The notes below the pieces were generated by a model. The model had not been told where the DNA came from and made no database searches. It was given only the letters and a program-made list of their open reading frames with translations. From an uncultured Pseudomonadales bacterium (lineage in GTDB: Bacteria > Pseudomonadota > Gammaproteobacteria > Pseudomonadales > Azotimanducaceae), in the NCBI GenBank assembly GCA_938084225.1, contig CALKDT010000030.1:24550-88549 (forward strand): a DNA stretch of 64,000 bases. Reading direction: 5' to 3'. The position numbers and the translations under genes were made by a program. Position 1 is the stretch's first letter. Every line of letters starts with the position of its first letter. Positions 56,124 to 64,000 of this stretch are shown piece after piece.

Positions 56124-56447
56124 ATGGCGGATATCCAACATGTGTCTGATGAGTCCTTTGACTCGGACGTTTTAAATGCAGACGTGCCTGTCCTGGTAGA
56201 CTACTGGGCAGAGTGGTGTGGCCCCTGCAAAGTCATAGCGCCCGTGTTGGAAGAAATCGCGGCCGAATACGACGGCAAGATAAAAGTCTGCAAGCTGGAT
56301 ATTGATGCCAACGAGACAACTCCACCGAAGTACGGCATTCGTGGAATTCCAACACTGATGCTGTTCAAAAATGGCAACGTAGAAGCGACTAAAGTCGGCG
56401 CATTATCCAAATCACAGCTAACCGCATTTCTTGACAGCAATATCTAG
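56124..56447 (+). CDS. trxA: Thioredoxin
   Basis: 107 aa with the WAEWCGPCK active site and [14 protein letters not shown]. Confidence 0.95.
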   Translation: MADIQHVSDESFDSDVLNADVPVLVDYWAEWCGPCKVIAPVLEEIAAEYDGKIKVCKLDIDANETTPPKYGIRGIPTLMLFKNGNVEATKVGALSKSQLTAFLDSNI

Positions 56448-56630
56448 GCGAAGTTATCTTGGGTGATTAAGCACATCGCCGGTGGTGATATTCCGCCGGC
56501 GGATGCTCGAAAAACAGAAAACCCATTAAAAAGTAGTTGACTTATTATTAAAAACGTATCATTTTGGACTCTCGCAGTTTGCGGCGCTAAGAGCGCAACA
56601 CCGAAAAATCAAAAAAAAAAAAAGAAATAG

Positions 56631-56666
56631 AAGTAGTAAAATAAGTAGTAAAATAAGTAGTAAAAG
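56631..56666. repeat. 12-bp tandem repeat AAGTAGTAAAA(T/G) x3, preceded by an A13 run (56611-56623)
   Basis: Read directly, in the trxA-rho spacer. Confidence 0.9.
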
Positions 56667-56700
56667 AAATACACGCGTACGAGTAGCGCAACAGACATTA

Positions 56701-56790
56701 GTAACTCTACTCATTTCCCCCCAGACAAAATTCAAAACCAGACAACTTAATACTTTCAAAAACAGTTCCAGCTAAACCAAGTTTTCATAG
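56701..56790 (+). promoter_or_regulatory. C-rich/G-poor tract in the rho leader (candidate rut-like autoregulatory region)
   Basis: Counted by hand: 25 C versus 7 G in 90 nt immediately upstream of rho. The functional role is inferred from the known Rho autoattenuation in E. coli. Confidence 0.35.
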
Positions 56791-56826
56791 ACGCGATCGC
56801 GTCATATTTAATAGACAAGTGAATTT

Positions 56827-58086
56827 ATGAACCTAAGTGACCTAAAAACCAAACCCATACCAGAGCTTCTAGAAATTGCCCACGAAATGGGCATGGATAA
56901 CCTAGGACGGTCTCGAAAACAGGAAATTATCGCGAACGTCCTTCGCAAGCACGCGAAAGGTGGCGAAGCCATTTACGGTGACGGCACACTGGAAATTCTT
57001 CAGGATGGGTTCGGCTTCCTTCGGTCACCAGACAGCTCATATCTGGCCGGACCCGATGACATCTATGTATCACCCAGCCAAATTCGCCGTTTTAATCTGC
57101 GTACCGGAGATACGGTTTCTGGAAAAATTCGCCCACCGAAAGATAGTGAGCGCTATTTCGCACTGTTGAAAGTAGACCAGATTAACTTTACTGATCCTGG
57201 CGAAAGTAAGAACAAAATACTCTTTGAAAACCTTACGCCTCTTTTTCCAGACCAGCCACTATTACTGGAGGCGGGCAACGGCAGCACAGAAGATCTCACC
57301 TCGCGAATTATTGACCTAACTGCACCCATCGGCAAAGGACAGCGAGGTTTGATCGTGTCTCCTCCGAAAGCTGGTAAGACGTTGATCTTGCAAAACATCG
57401 CCCAATCAATCGCGAGAAACAACCCTGAAAGTCAGTTGATTGTCTTACTGATTGACGAGCGACCGGAAGAAGTAACAGAAATGCAACGATCGGTACGTGG
57501 CGAAGTAGTCGCGAGTACTTTCGATGAACCACCGTCACGTCATGTTCAAGTCAGCGAGATGGTAATAGAGAAAGCAAAACGTCTGGTTGAGCACAAGTTA
57601 GACGTCATTATTCTTCTTGATTCGATCACGCGACTCGCGAGAGCCTACAACACAGTGATTCCAGCGTCAGGTAAGGTACTGACCGGCGGCGTTGATGCTC
57701 ACGCACTCGAGAGACCAAAACGTTTCTTTGGGGCAGCACGGAACATTGAAGAAGGCGGAAGCCTTACCATCATCGCCACCTGCCTGATTGACACGGGCTC
57801 CAAGATGGACGAAGTGATATACGAAGAATTCAAAGGTACGGGTAACCATGAACTGCATCTGGAAAGGAAGATAGCAGAGAAACGTGTTTATCCTGCCATT
57901 AATATTCGTCGTTCAGGTACTCGTCGTGAGGACCTGCTGATGTCGGAAGATGAACTTCAAAAAGTTTGGATCCTCAGAAAGATCCTGCACGAAATGGATG
58001 ATCTAGCCGCGATCGAATTCCTACTAGAGCGCATGAAGAAATCTAAATCCAACGAAGAATTCTTCGCATCGATGAAGCGAAAGTAG
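56827..58086 (+). CDS. rho: Transcription termination factor Rho
   Basis: 419 aa with the N-terminal MNLSDLK...ELLEIA, the RNA-binding domain (GFGFLR), Walker A PPKAGKT and [13 protein letters not shown]. Confidence 0.97.
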   Translation: MNLSDLKTKPIPELLEIAHEMGMDNLGRSRKQEIIANVLRKHAKGGEAIYGDGTLEILQDGFGFLRSPDSSYLAGPDDIYVSPSQIRRFNLRTGDTVSGKIRPPKDSERYFALLKVDQINFTDPGESKNKILFENLTPLFPDQPLLLEAGNGSTEDLTSRIIDLTAPIGKGQRGLIVSPPKAGKTLILQNIAQSIARNNPESQLIVLLIDERPEEVTEMQRSVRGEVVASTFDEPPSRHVQVSEMVIEKAKRLVEHKLDVIILLDSITRLARAYNTVIPASGKVLTGGVDAHALERPKRFFGAARNIEEGGSLTIIATCLIDTGSKMDEVIYEEFKGTGNHELHLERKIAEKRVYPAINIRRSGTRREDLLMSEDELQKVWILRKILHEMDDLAAIEFLLERMKKSKSNEEFFASMKRK

Positions 58087-58815
58087 ATGTCGGCAAATAG
58101 CGTTACCTGCTCGATCAACTCAATCGAATATTACAATAAGGATACTAGACGCGTCCTGCTCGATGTTCCGCCAGGAAATGATGTTAGCTTTAGTGCCGGG
58201 CAATATCTGCAAATGGTACTTCCGCACAAAAAGTGTCCATTTTCGATCGCGAACTCCCCGCACCTGAAAAATCAAATTGAACTTCACATCCGCCCAACGC
58301 CGGGCTCCGAAGATTCGACGGTGATAGAGGCATTGTTGGACAACGCAAAGGAAATCGAAATTGAAGCGCCCATGGGCGATTGCTTCATGACCAGCCCACC
58401 GGACAACACATTAATTCTGATTGCAGCAAGTACCGGCATCACCCAGATGAAAAGTATCATCGAATATCTTGAACCCAATGATCTCACGCACCCCGTGCAT
58501 CTGTATTGGGGCGTGGTTTGCGACCAGGACCTATACCTGGCTTCATTGTGCGAATCCTGGGAATCTAAACACAGCAATTTTCACTTTGTGCCGGTAGTGA
58601 GCGATCCTGACTCCTCACCCAACTGGTTAGGCCGAACTGGCCTTGTTGGCGTAGAGGCATTAAAAGATTTCGAAGATGTCTCTGATGTGACTGTCTATGT
58701 TTCAGGTGGACCGGGAATGGTCTACGCAACGTTGGACGCCTTTGTCGAACGCGGTATGCCGCAAGCAGACATGCACTCGGATATTTTTTCCTTCGCCCCT
58801 CGCCCAAAAAACTAG
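58087..58815 (+). CDS. fre: NAD(P)H-flavin reductase (Fre-like, FNR family)
   Basis: 242 aa. FSAGQYL, PFSIAN, ELHI, IAASTGITQ, LYWG and the GRTG...VYVSGGPGM pattern parallel E. coli Fre. Its ATG immediately follows the rho TAG. Confidence 0.7.
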   Translation: MSANSVTCSINSIEYYNKDTRRVLLDVPPGNDVSFSAGQYLQMVLPHKKCPFSIANSPHLKNQIELHIRPTPGSEDSTVIEALLDNAKEIEIEAPMGDCFMTSPPDNTLILIAASTGITQMKSIIEYLEPNDLTHPVHLYWGVVCDQDLYLASLCESWESKHSNFHFVPVVSDPDSSPNWLGRTGLVGVEALKDFEDVSDVTVYVSGGPGMVYATLDAFVERGMPQADMHSDIFSFAPRPKN

Positions 58816-59948
58816 TCCAGAGAAAGCGCAAGTTTTAGATGCTGCACACTAGATTCAAGTTCTCCGTTCTGCGCGAGTAACAAACCGAGTCTTTCGTGGC
58901 TTTTAACGGAACCGCCCAATTCAACTGATCGCGTAAACGATTCTTTCGCCATATGAGATTCGTTAGACAGCTCATACAGACAGCCCAGACAATAGTGAAG
59001 TGCTGGGTCTTTCTCATGAAGTTTTAGCCAACCTTCCGCAGCTTTTCGCCGGACCTTGAGCGTATCGAAATCGGCATCACCATAGAGTGAGACATAAGCG
59101 GCGTCCCAGGATCTCTTAATCGCGGCGCGTAAAAGCGGCTCTGCATGTGCCTTGTAGCTGAGGCTTTTAACGTACTGTGTCAGCACCTCGGGGGAATTCC
59201 GGACGCTGGACGCAAGAGACTTAAATAATCTATTGAGTGCGGCATCATCTCCAGCTTCAGCTTTCAAGGCGGTCAGTACAATCTTGTTTTCAAAAGATTC
59301 GGTTGGTACCAGCTTTCTTAATCCTGGTAATGCCGCCATTGAAGCCCGCCAGTCATTACTCATCTTAAGGGCCTGAAGTTTTAACTCTGCCGCGTAGGGA
59401 TTCAACTTGATCGAGCCCAACGCTGTTAAGGCAGCAGCCGGGTCTTTTCGCCTAAGTGCAAGTTCCGCGGAAAGAACTGACGCTGCACGAACTAATGAAG
59501 GATCAGCCTCTACCGCCTGACGGAGATAGGTTTCACGCGCCCGGTGGTCGCCTTGGTTATTCGCAGCCCTTGCCGCGGCAAGAAAGTTTATTCCTTCGGC
59601 ATCGCTATTTTCGCCAGCCCCATCGAGGAACTTCCGAGCCCTGTCGAACTCGCCTTCGGCTAACAGCGTCAGTCCCTTTTGAGTCAGCTTACCCGCCCTT
59701 GCCTCTTTTTTTGCTTCGCGCCACTCCACGACGACACCACGACCGTACTTAAAGAGGTTGAATGACCGAAACAGTAAATAGGCAGCAAGAAAAAACCCAA
59801 GAAACAAACCGATCAGCACCCAAAGACTCGTCTGTATAGAGTATCCGTCATAGGCTACAAGAACATAACCAGGGTCTCTCGCTATCAGGGTCCCCAGATA
59901 TCCAGCTAACGCAATGATGACCAACAGAAGGAGCAACCCACGTTTCAT
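58812..59948 (-). CDS. hemY: HemY-like protein (heme biosynthesis-associated TPR membrane protein)
   Basis: 378 aa with two N-terminal TM helices, then TPR-like repeats. It sits after hemX in the hemCDXY arrangement. Confidence 0.8.
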   Translation of the reverse strand: MKRGLLLLLVIIALAGYLGTLIARDPGYVLVAYDGYSIQTSLWVLIGLFLGFFLAAYLLFRSFNLFKYGRGVVVEWREAKKEARAGKLTQKGLTLLAEGEFDRARKFLDGAGENSDAEGINFLAAARAANNQGDHRARETYLRQAVEADPSLVRAASVLSAELALRRKDPAAALTALGSIKLNPYAAELKLQALKMSNDWRASMAALPGLRKLVPTESFENKIVLTALKAEAGDDAALNRLFKSLASSVRNSPEVLTQYVKSLSYKAHAEPLLRAAIKRSWDAAYVSLYGDADFDTLKVRRKAAEGWLKLHEKDPALHYCLGCLYELSNESHMAKESFTRSVELGGSVKSHERLGLLLAQNGELESSVQHLKLALSLD

Positions 59949-61075
59949 TTCGACTGTGACCCCTTGAATCCAGCCAATTGAGATCGAGCAGCCTTCAGAG
60001 AACCCGCTATGTCAGGCAAATTGACCGACACCTGGGAAGCCGACAATCGAGTGATTGACTTCAACATGGCGACGGTGGCTGGATTTTCTGCGTCAAAAGA
60101 ATCGGATACCCAAACCCGCGCCTCGCCAAGGGCGCTTTGAAACACGACCTGATGACCTTCCAACAACGCCATCTGCGCTATCTGCAACTTCAACACCAGG
60201 TTTTGCCTGAGGAAATATTCTTCTTCTGGGGGCAGGATCCGTTTTATCGCTACTTCATCCCGACGAAAATCCACCAGGTGTGCCAGTTTATTCCCCGCGC
60301 GCCGAATTAGTCCAAAAAAGCGTGCCAGATAACCTGCTGCATCAGGGCTTCGCTCGACGACTAAACTCGGCGCGCGATAAGTTGGAAGCGACCGAGTGAG
60401 CAATGGAACCTGCAAGACAAGGGCAGAAAGCTCAAGATAAATGCCCTGAGTATCGGGCGAGTCCACGGCCTTTAAGGCCGCGATATCCTGTGCAAGCGCC
60501 TCACGTAGTCGATGCGCCGTAAGACCATCCGTTTCCCGAATAATTTCATCAGCGGCCTGCAACAGCAACAGGGCTGAGTTCGCATCCCGCTCCATCATTA
60601 CCCGCTGGTTTGCCATCCTGACCAAGTATTCAACCTCTGCATACACCCAATCCTGAGAACTGGTGCCCACGCGACCTTGAATTGCCGCCAGCGATTCGGA
60701 AACCCCAGCCACAAACTGCTGCACCTGCTCCTCAGCAGCCGAGAACCGAGCATCCATTTCGGCGTTCTTCGCTTCCATCAGGCGTTCGACATTTCGCAGC
60801 TCATTAGCGAGGGTCTGAATACCGACCTCAACCGGCACAACACGTGCAAGTATCGGGTCAATCTGAGCACCTGACTGCTTTCCCTTATAGAGCTCGTAAG
60901 CCGGCCAGGAAGCGATAGCAATAGCCATCAGCGCTAGTAGTATCGCGAGTAGGGTTCCAATCCTGCCGCCCGAAGGCGGTGGCAAGGGCATGGTATTTTT
61001 ATCCTGCAAGGCGCCAGTATGCTCAGAAGCCTGCTCAGCTTTTTCATCTAGGGGGTCTGATTTTTGGTCACTCAT
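59945..61075 (-). CDS. hemX: HemX-like membrane protein (historically annotated as uroporphyrinogen-III C-methyltransferase)
   Basis: 376 aa with one TM (IGTLLAILLALMAIAIASW) followed by a coiled-coil-rich periplasmic part. It has an ATGA overlap with hemY and an 8-nt overlap with hemD. Confidence 0.75.
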   Translation of the reverse strand: MSDQKSDPLDEKAEQASEHTGALQDKNTMPLPPPSGGRIGTLLAILLALMAIAIASWPAYELYKGKQSGAQIDPILARVVPVEVGIQTLANELRNVERLMEAKNAEMDARFSAAEEQVQQFVAGVSESLAAIQGRVGTSSQDWVYAEVEYLVRMANQRVMMERDANSALLLLQAADEIIRETDGLTAHRLREALAQDIAALKAVDSPDTQGIYLELSALVLQVPLLTRSLPTYRAPSLVVERSPDAAGYLARFFGLIRRAGNKLAHLVDFRRDEVAIKRILPPEEEYFLRQNLVLKLQIAQMALLEGHQVVFQSALGEARVWVSDSFDAENPATVAMLKSITRLSASQVSVNLPDIAGSLKAARSQLAGFKGSQSK

Positions 61076-61811
61076 TTGCTTTACCGGGTGTATTTATTAC
61101 CTTAGTCACCGCATCATACAATGCTTCATCCGAAGCTCCACCTGCATTCGTCACCCCCTGAAAAGCATAAGTTCGGGCCAGGTCGACCAAGCGAGCTGAA
61201 GGCACTACAGCGTGGTATCCATGCAAGCTCTCACCAGAGAGCGACGTAAAATTCTCTAGGATTTCAGCACTGGTTAGGACAACAGTAAAGTGTGCCGTCA
61301 GGTCAGAAAAGTCATGCTGGAGTAGTACCCGGCGGTACGTCTCCAAGTATGTTACTGATGCACCAGACTCACCGAGGGATTCGCCAAGCAGCTCCCGGCC
61401 ACCCGCGCCGCGCACAATAAGAATCTGTTCACCTGCCACTTCCTGCAGACCAGCTAGCGCCAAAAGGCCCTCGCTACCAGCCAGATCGGGAAACGAGGCA
61501 ACTACGCCAAACTGTTTAAGTGCCGCCGCTGTGCCGGATCCGACCGAGAACCATTCCAGACTTATCGGCCATTGTGGCCAATAAATGTCCAGTATAGGTA
61601 ATCCAAAATGAACACTGCTTTTACTCACAAAGATGATCTTGTCGTAGCGGTCAAGATCTAAGGCGATTCGTTTCATTTTCGGATCGACCGGTTTTTGTAC
61701 CAGTTCGATTAAAGGGCGAACGATCGGGGATAGCCCATCGGCACGAAACAGAGCCGCCAGGGGTTCATTTAGTCCGAGTGGACGGGTAAGGAGTATGGTT
61801 TTCGAATTCAT
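61068..61811 (-). CDS. hemD: Uroporphyrinogen-III synthase
   Basis: 247 aa with ILLTRP, FVSKSSV and the two-lobed HemD pattern. It lies between hemC and hemX. Confidence 0.85.
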   Translation of the reverse strand: MNSKTILLTRPLGLNEPLAALFRADGLSPIVRPLIELVQKPVDPKMKRIALDLDRYDKIIFVSKSSVHFGLPILDIYWPQWPISLEWFSVGSGTAAALKQFGVVASFPDLAGSEGLLALAGLQEVAGEQILIVRGAGGRELLGESLGESGASVTYLETYRRVLLQHDFSDLTAHFTVVLTSAEILENFTSLSGESLHGYHAVVPSARLVDLARTYAFQGVTNAGGASDEALYDAVTKVINTPGKANE

Positions 61812-61837
61812 CGGTGCCCGACGATTGAGTTTAGTGA

Positions 61838-62752
61838 TTAATGTTCGGCCATCAAATCTACGGCACCTCTGGCTAACAGGTTATTGCCCAGCGTCTCTGC
61901 GAGCAAGGCCGAGTCATCAATGCTGCCATTAACCTGCTCCCTGATGATCACTTTACCGCGCAGATCAGAGATGAACGAACTTAGTAGAAACTCATCCGCT
62001 TTGAGTTCCGCATACACCGCCACTGGCAAGTTACAGGTTGCACCGAGCAGTTGCGTCACTTTACGTTCCGCAGTGACGCAAACCCGGGTAGAGGCATGGT
62101 TTATTGATTCAACGAGCTTGGTCACCGAAGGATCGTTCGAGCGGCTCTCGATACCAACAGCACCTTGGCCTGCAGCGGGGATACAGATATCAGTGGAAAT
62201 TTCTTCACGTACACGATTCGCAAGGCCAAGCCGGGATAGCCCCGCCACGGCAAGGATAACCGCATCATAGTCACCATCATCAAGTTTACGCAGTCTAGTA
62301 TCAACATTGCCGCGGAGCTCGATAAACTCAAGCGCTGGATAAACAAGCTGCAGCTGTCTGACTCGTCGTAAACTGGAAGACCCAACGCTTGAACCCGCTG
62401 GCAGATCAGCCAGTGATTCAAATGCGTTTGACACAAATGCGTCCTTTGGGCTGGCCCGCTCAACGATCGACGTAATCGCCAGACCCTGAGGTAGTTCACC
62501 CGGCACATCTTTCATAGAGTGAACCGCAATATCAGCAGTACCATCAAGCAAAGCTGTTTCAAGCTCTTTGACGAAAACCCCTTTGCCACCCATCTGACTG
62601 AGCGGGGAAGATTTATTCCTGTCACCCAGCGTGGTCATGCCAATAATTTCACACTGCAGTTCGGCATGCCCGGCTTCAAGTAGGCCTTTGATGTGATTGG
62701 CCTGCCACAGCGCCAGCGGGCTTTGGCGTGTGGCGATTCGAATTTTTTCCAT
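61838..62752 (-). CDS. hemC: Hydroxymethylbilane synthase (porphobilinogen deaminase)
   Basis: 304 aa with IRIATRQSPLALWQA, GGKGVFVKELE, AVHSMKD, RGNVDTRL and PAAGQGAVGIE. Confidence 0.95.
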   Translation of the reverse strand: MEKIRIATRQSPLALWQANHIKGLLEAGHAELQCEIIGMTTLGDRNKSSPLSQMGGKGVFVKELETALLDGTADIAVHSMKDVPGELPQGLAITSIVERASPKDAFVSNAFESLADLPAGSSVGSSSLRRVRQLQLVYPALEFIELRGNVDTRLRKLDDGDYDAVILAVAGLSRLGLANRVREEISTDICIPAAGQGAVGIESRSNDPSVTKLVESINHASTRVCVTAERKVTQLLGATCNLPVAVYAELKADEFLLSSFISDLRGKVIIREQVNGSIDDSALLAETLGNNLLARGAVDLMAEH

Positions 62753-62860
62753 GTTGACCTTATCAATGACAGCGGTTCAAGCCGCCCACATTAATGAGTT
62801 CCAGATCATCAATCAACGAGGAGGGCTAACTGATGTCCAGTTTATGAGACCAAATACCGA

Positions 62861-62885
62861 ATAAGCAGGCAATAAAAAGGCGGCA
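62861..62885 (-). terminator. Rho-independent terminator after algR
   Basis: The minus strand reads AAGGCGGC-UGUU-GCCGCCUU followed by a U-rich tail (UUUAU), 30 nt downstream of the algR stop. Confidence 0.6.
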
Positions 62886-62915
62886 ACAGCCGCCTTCCTT
62901 GATTCGGTTGACGCA

Positions 62916-63656
62916 CTACAAAGCCTGCGCCAGCCTGCGTAAGCCGGATACATGCCTTCTGCTGACATCCAATCGCTCTTCAACACCGCGCATCCTTACC
63001 CGGTAGTGTCCGCAAGGCGCTCTTTCCAACCCCTCAAGCTGATCAATCATCACTAGCGCATTCCGGTGAATCCGGACAATTCGATCACCAAACTCTGCTT
63101 CTAAGTCACGAAGGGTATCGTCGATTAAGACCTCACCACCTTCATAGCGCACCGTGACGTACTTGTGATCTGCCTGAAAGAACTTCACATCCGCCAGTGG
63201 AATCAATTCGATGCCCTGCCACGTCTTCGCACTGATATGGGTTCTTGAGCGCGCATAGGGTGGTTCGTCTTTACCTATGATCGCTTCCCTCTGGACCTTG
63301 TTAACAACAGAGACTTTGGCCAGTGCTTTCATGAGACCTTCTCGACGAACAGGTTTCATCAGGTAACCTGAAGCATTAACGTTAAAAGCATCTATCGCAT
63401 GTTGGTCAAAAGCTGTACAGAATATCACCGCCGGCGGCGTCGCCAGCGTTGCAAGCTGTTTGCCGGCTTCGATTCCATCCATGCCCGGCATGCGGATATC
63501 CAGCAACACAATATCCGGTTCCAGTTTGATTGCCTGCGTGATCGCATCATCGCCGGATTCAGCAATTCCTGAGACTTCATGGTCGTCAAGAATTTCCACC
63601 ATTCTCACCAACCGTTCTCTTGCTAATTTCTCATCATCAACAACCAATACTTTCAT
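62916..63656 (-). CDS. algR: LytR/AlgR family response regulator (receiver + LytTR DNA-binding domain)
   Basis: 246 aa with MKVLVVDDE, DIVLLDIRMPGMDG and a C-terminal LytTR pattern (FFQADHKYVTV...RIHRNALV). It lies immediately upstream of hemC, as in Pseudomonas. Confidence 0.85.
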   Translation of the reverse strand: MKVLVVDDEKLARERLVRMVEILDDHEVSGIAESGDDAITQAIKLEPDIVLLDIRMPGMDGIEAGKQLATLATPPAVIFCTAFDQHAIDAFNVNASGYLMKPVRREGLMKALAKVSVVNKVQREAIIGKDEPPYARSRTHISAKTWQGIELIPLADVKFFQADHKYVTVRYEGGEVLIDDTLRDLEAEFGDRIVRIHRNALVMIDQLEGLERAPCGHYRVRMRGVEERLDVSRRHVSGLRRLAQAL

Positions 63657-63847
63657 GGATCATGACCTCTTTATGCTAATTTACCGATATGCCAGTCGGT
63701 GCTTAGGGGTATGTTCAAATATGTGTTTAGCGTTAAGTGTTAGGACAGGTCGTTAACATTTCGTCGCGAGACCTGTCATTTGCGTCAAACTACGTCTTTT
63801 TGAGCAAAAAAAATGCTAAGTAGCGCACACTTTGGAGATAAAACTCG

Positions 63848-64000
63848 TTATTTCGCGCTTTTGACAGGATAAACCAGCCGAGCAGTAAACAAGCCCTTAG
63901 ATATGCCAGTGGTCAGCAGCGCTTCCTGCCCAAAGAGAGCGGTCATTCGGTTGCGAATGTTGTCGATCGCCATCCTGTTTCCGCGTTCATGGTCATAGGG
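63848..64000 (-). CDS. 3' end of a LytS/AlgZ(FimS)-type sensor histidine kinase (partial; continues beyond the window)
   Basis: The minus-strand frame is open to the window edge and reads ...GNRMAIDNIRNRMTALFGQEALLTTGISKGLFTARLVYPVKSAK-stop. This is the typical C-terminus of LytS-family kinases, and it sits upstream of algR. Confidence 0.6.
   Translation of the reverse strand, partial: PYDHERGNRMAIDNIRNRMTALFGQEALLTTGISKGLFTARLVYPVKSAK

Noticed and set aside
56474-56505. Hairpin after trxA as an intrinsic terminator
   Set aside because: The stem (CGCCGGTGG / CCGCCGGCG with one G-U pair) is plausible, but no U tract follows. It is therefore not called as a terminator and is only noted as part of the rho leader description.
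56559-56759. 66-aa minus-strand ORF with a poly-Leu/Phe core (LLLLILLLILLLLFLFFFLIF)
   Set aside because: It is the antisense translation of the A-rich low-complexity tract and the 12-bp repeats in the rho leader, so it is a compositional artefact.

Overview
This is a 64-kb chromosomal window from a gammaproteobacterium. The gene content and the algZ/algR-hemCDXY and trxA-rho synteny look Pseudomonas- or Cellvibrionales-like, but that is an inference from reading the proteins, not a search result. Bases 1-42100 are a densely packed accessory-metabolism region. It holds at least 8 SDRs, 2 GMC oxidoreductases, 1 LLM-class enzyme (two more lie at 19.4 kb and 51.8 kb), an MDR quinone reductase, a Gfo/Idh/MocA enzyme, a nitronate monooxygenase, an acyl-CoA-dehydrogenase-like enzyme, isocitrate lyase, a D-aminoacylase, 2 MFS transporters and split YeeE/YedE transporters. 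It also carries a TetR-headed Lol-like ABC system with its own outer-membrane barrel candidate. Bases 42400-64000 are a conserved housekeeping block: rpoD, cysQ, hslR, gshA, acpH, dsbB, an ABC-F ATPase, a TetR/unknown/LLM operon, hemB, trxA-rho-fre, hemY-hemX-hemD-hemC, algR and the 3' end of the algZ-like kinase. I recognised no rRNA, tRNA, CRISPR array, transposase, integrase or phage gene. The items most worth follow-up are: (1) a near-consensus LexA box inside an imperfect 18-bp inverted repeat, in an 828-bp ORF-poor region upstream of an rpoD that has no dnaG next to it; (2) the TetR-LolA-like-FtsX-FtsX-ATPase-OM barrel operon; (3) a TetR/unknown 338-aa protein/LLM monooxygenase operon with two identical perfect 13-bp palindromes in its promoter region; (4) a pyroglutamyl-peptidase (C15)-fold protein whose nucleophile Cys appears to be replaced by Ser; (5) a membrane-anchored protein with 11 MORN repeats packed tightly against two oxidoreductases; (6) several 12-15 bp tandem repeats, one of which reiterates the stop-codon end of an SDR gene; and (7) a frameshifted relic of an MFS gene. 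All family calls come from reading the translated ORFs by eye. No database search was run.
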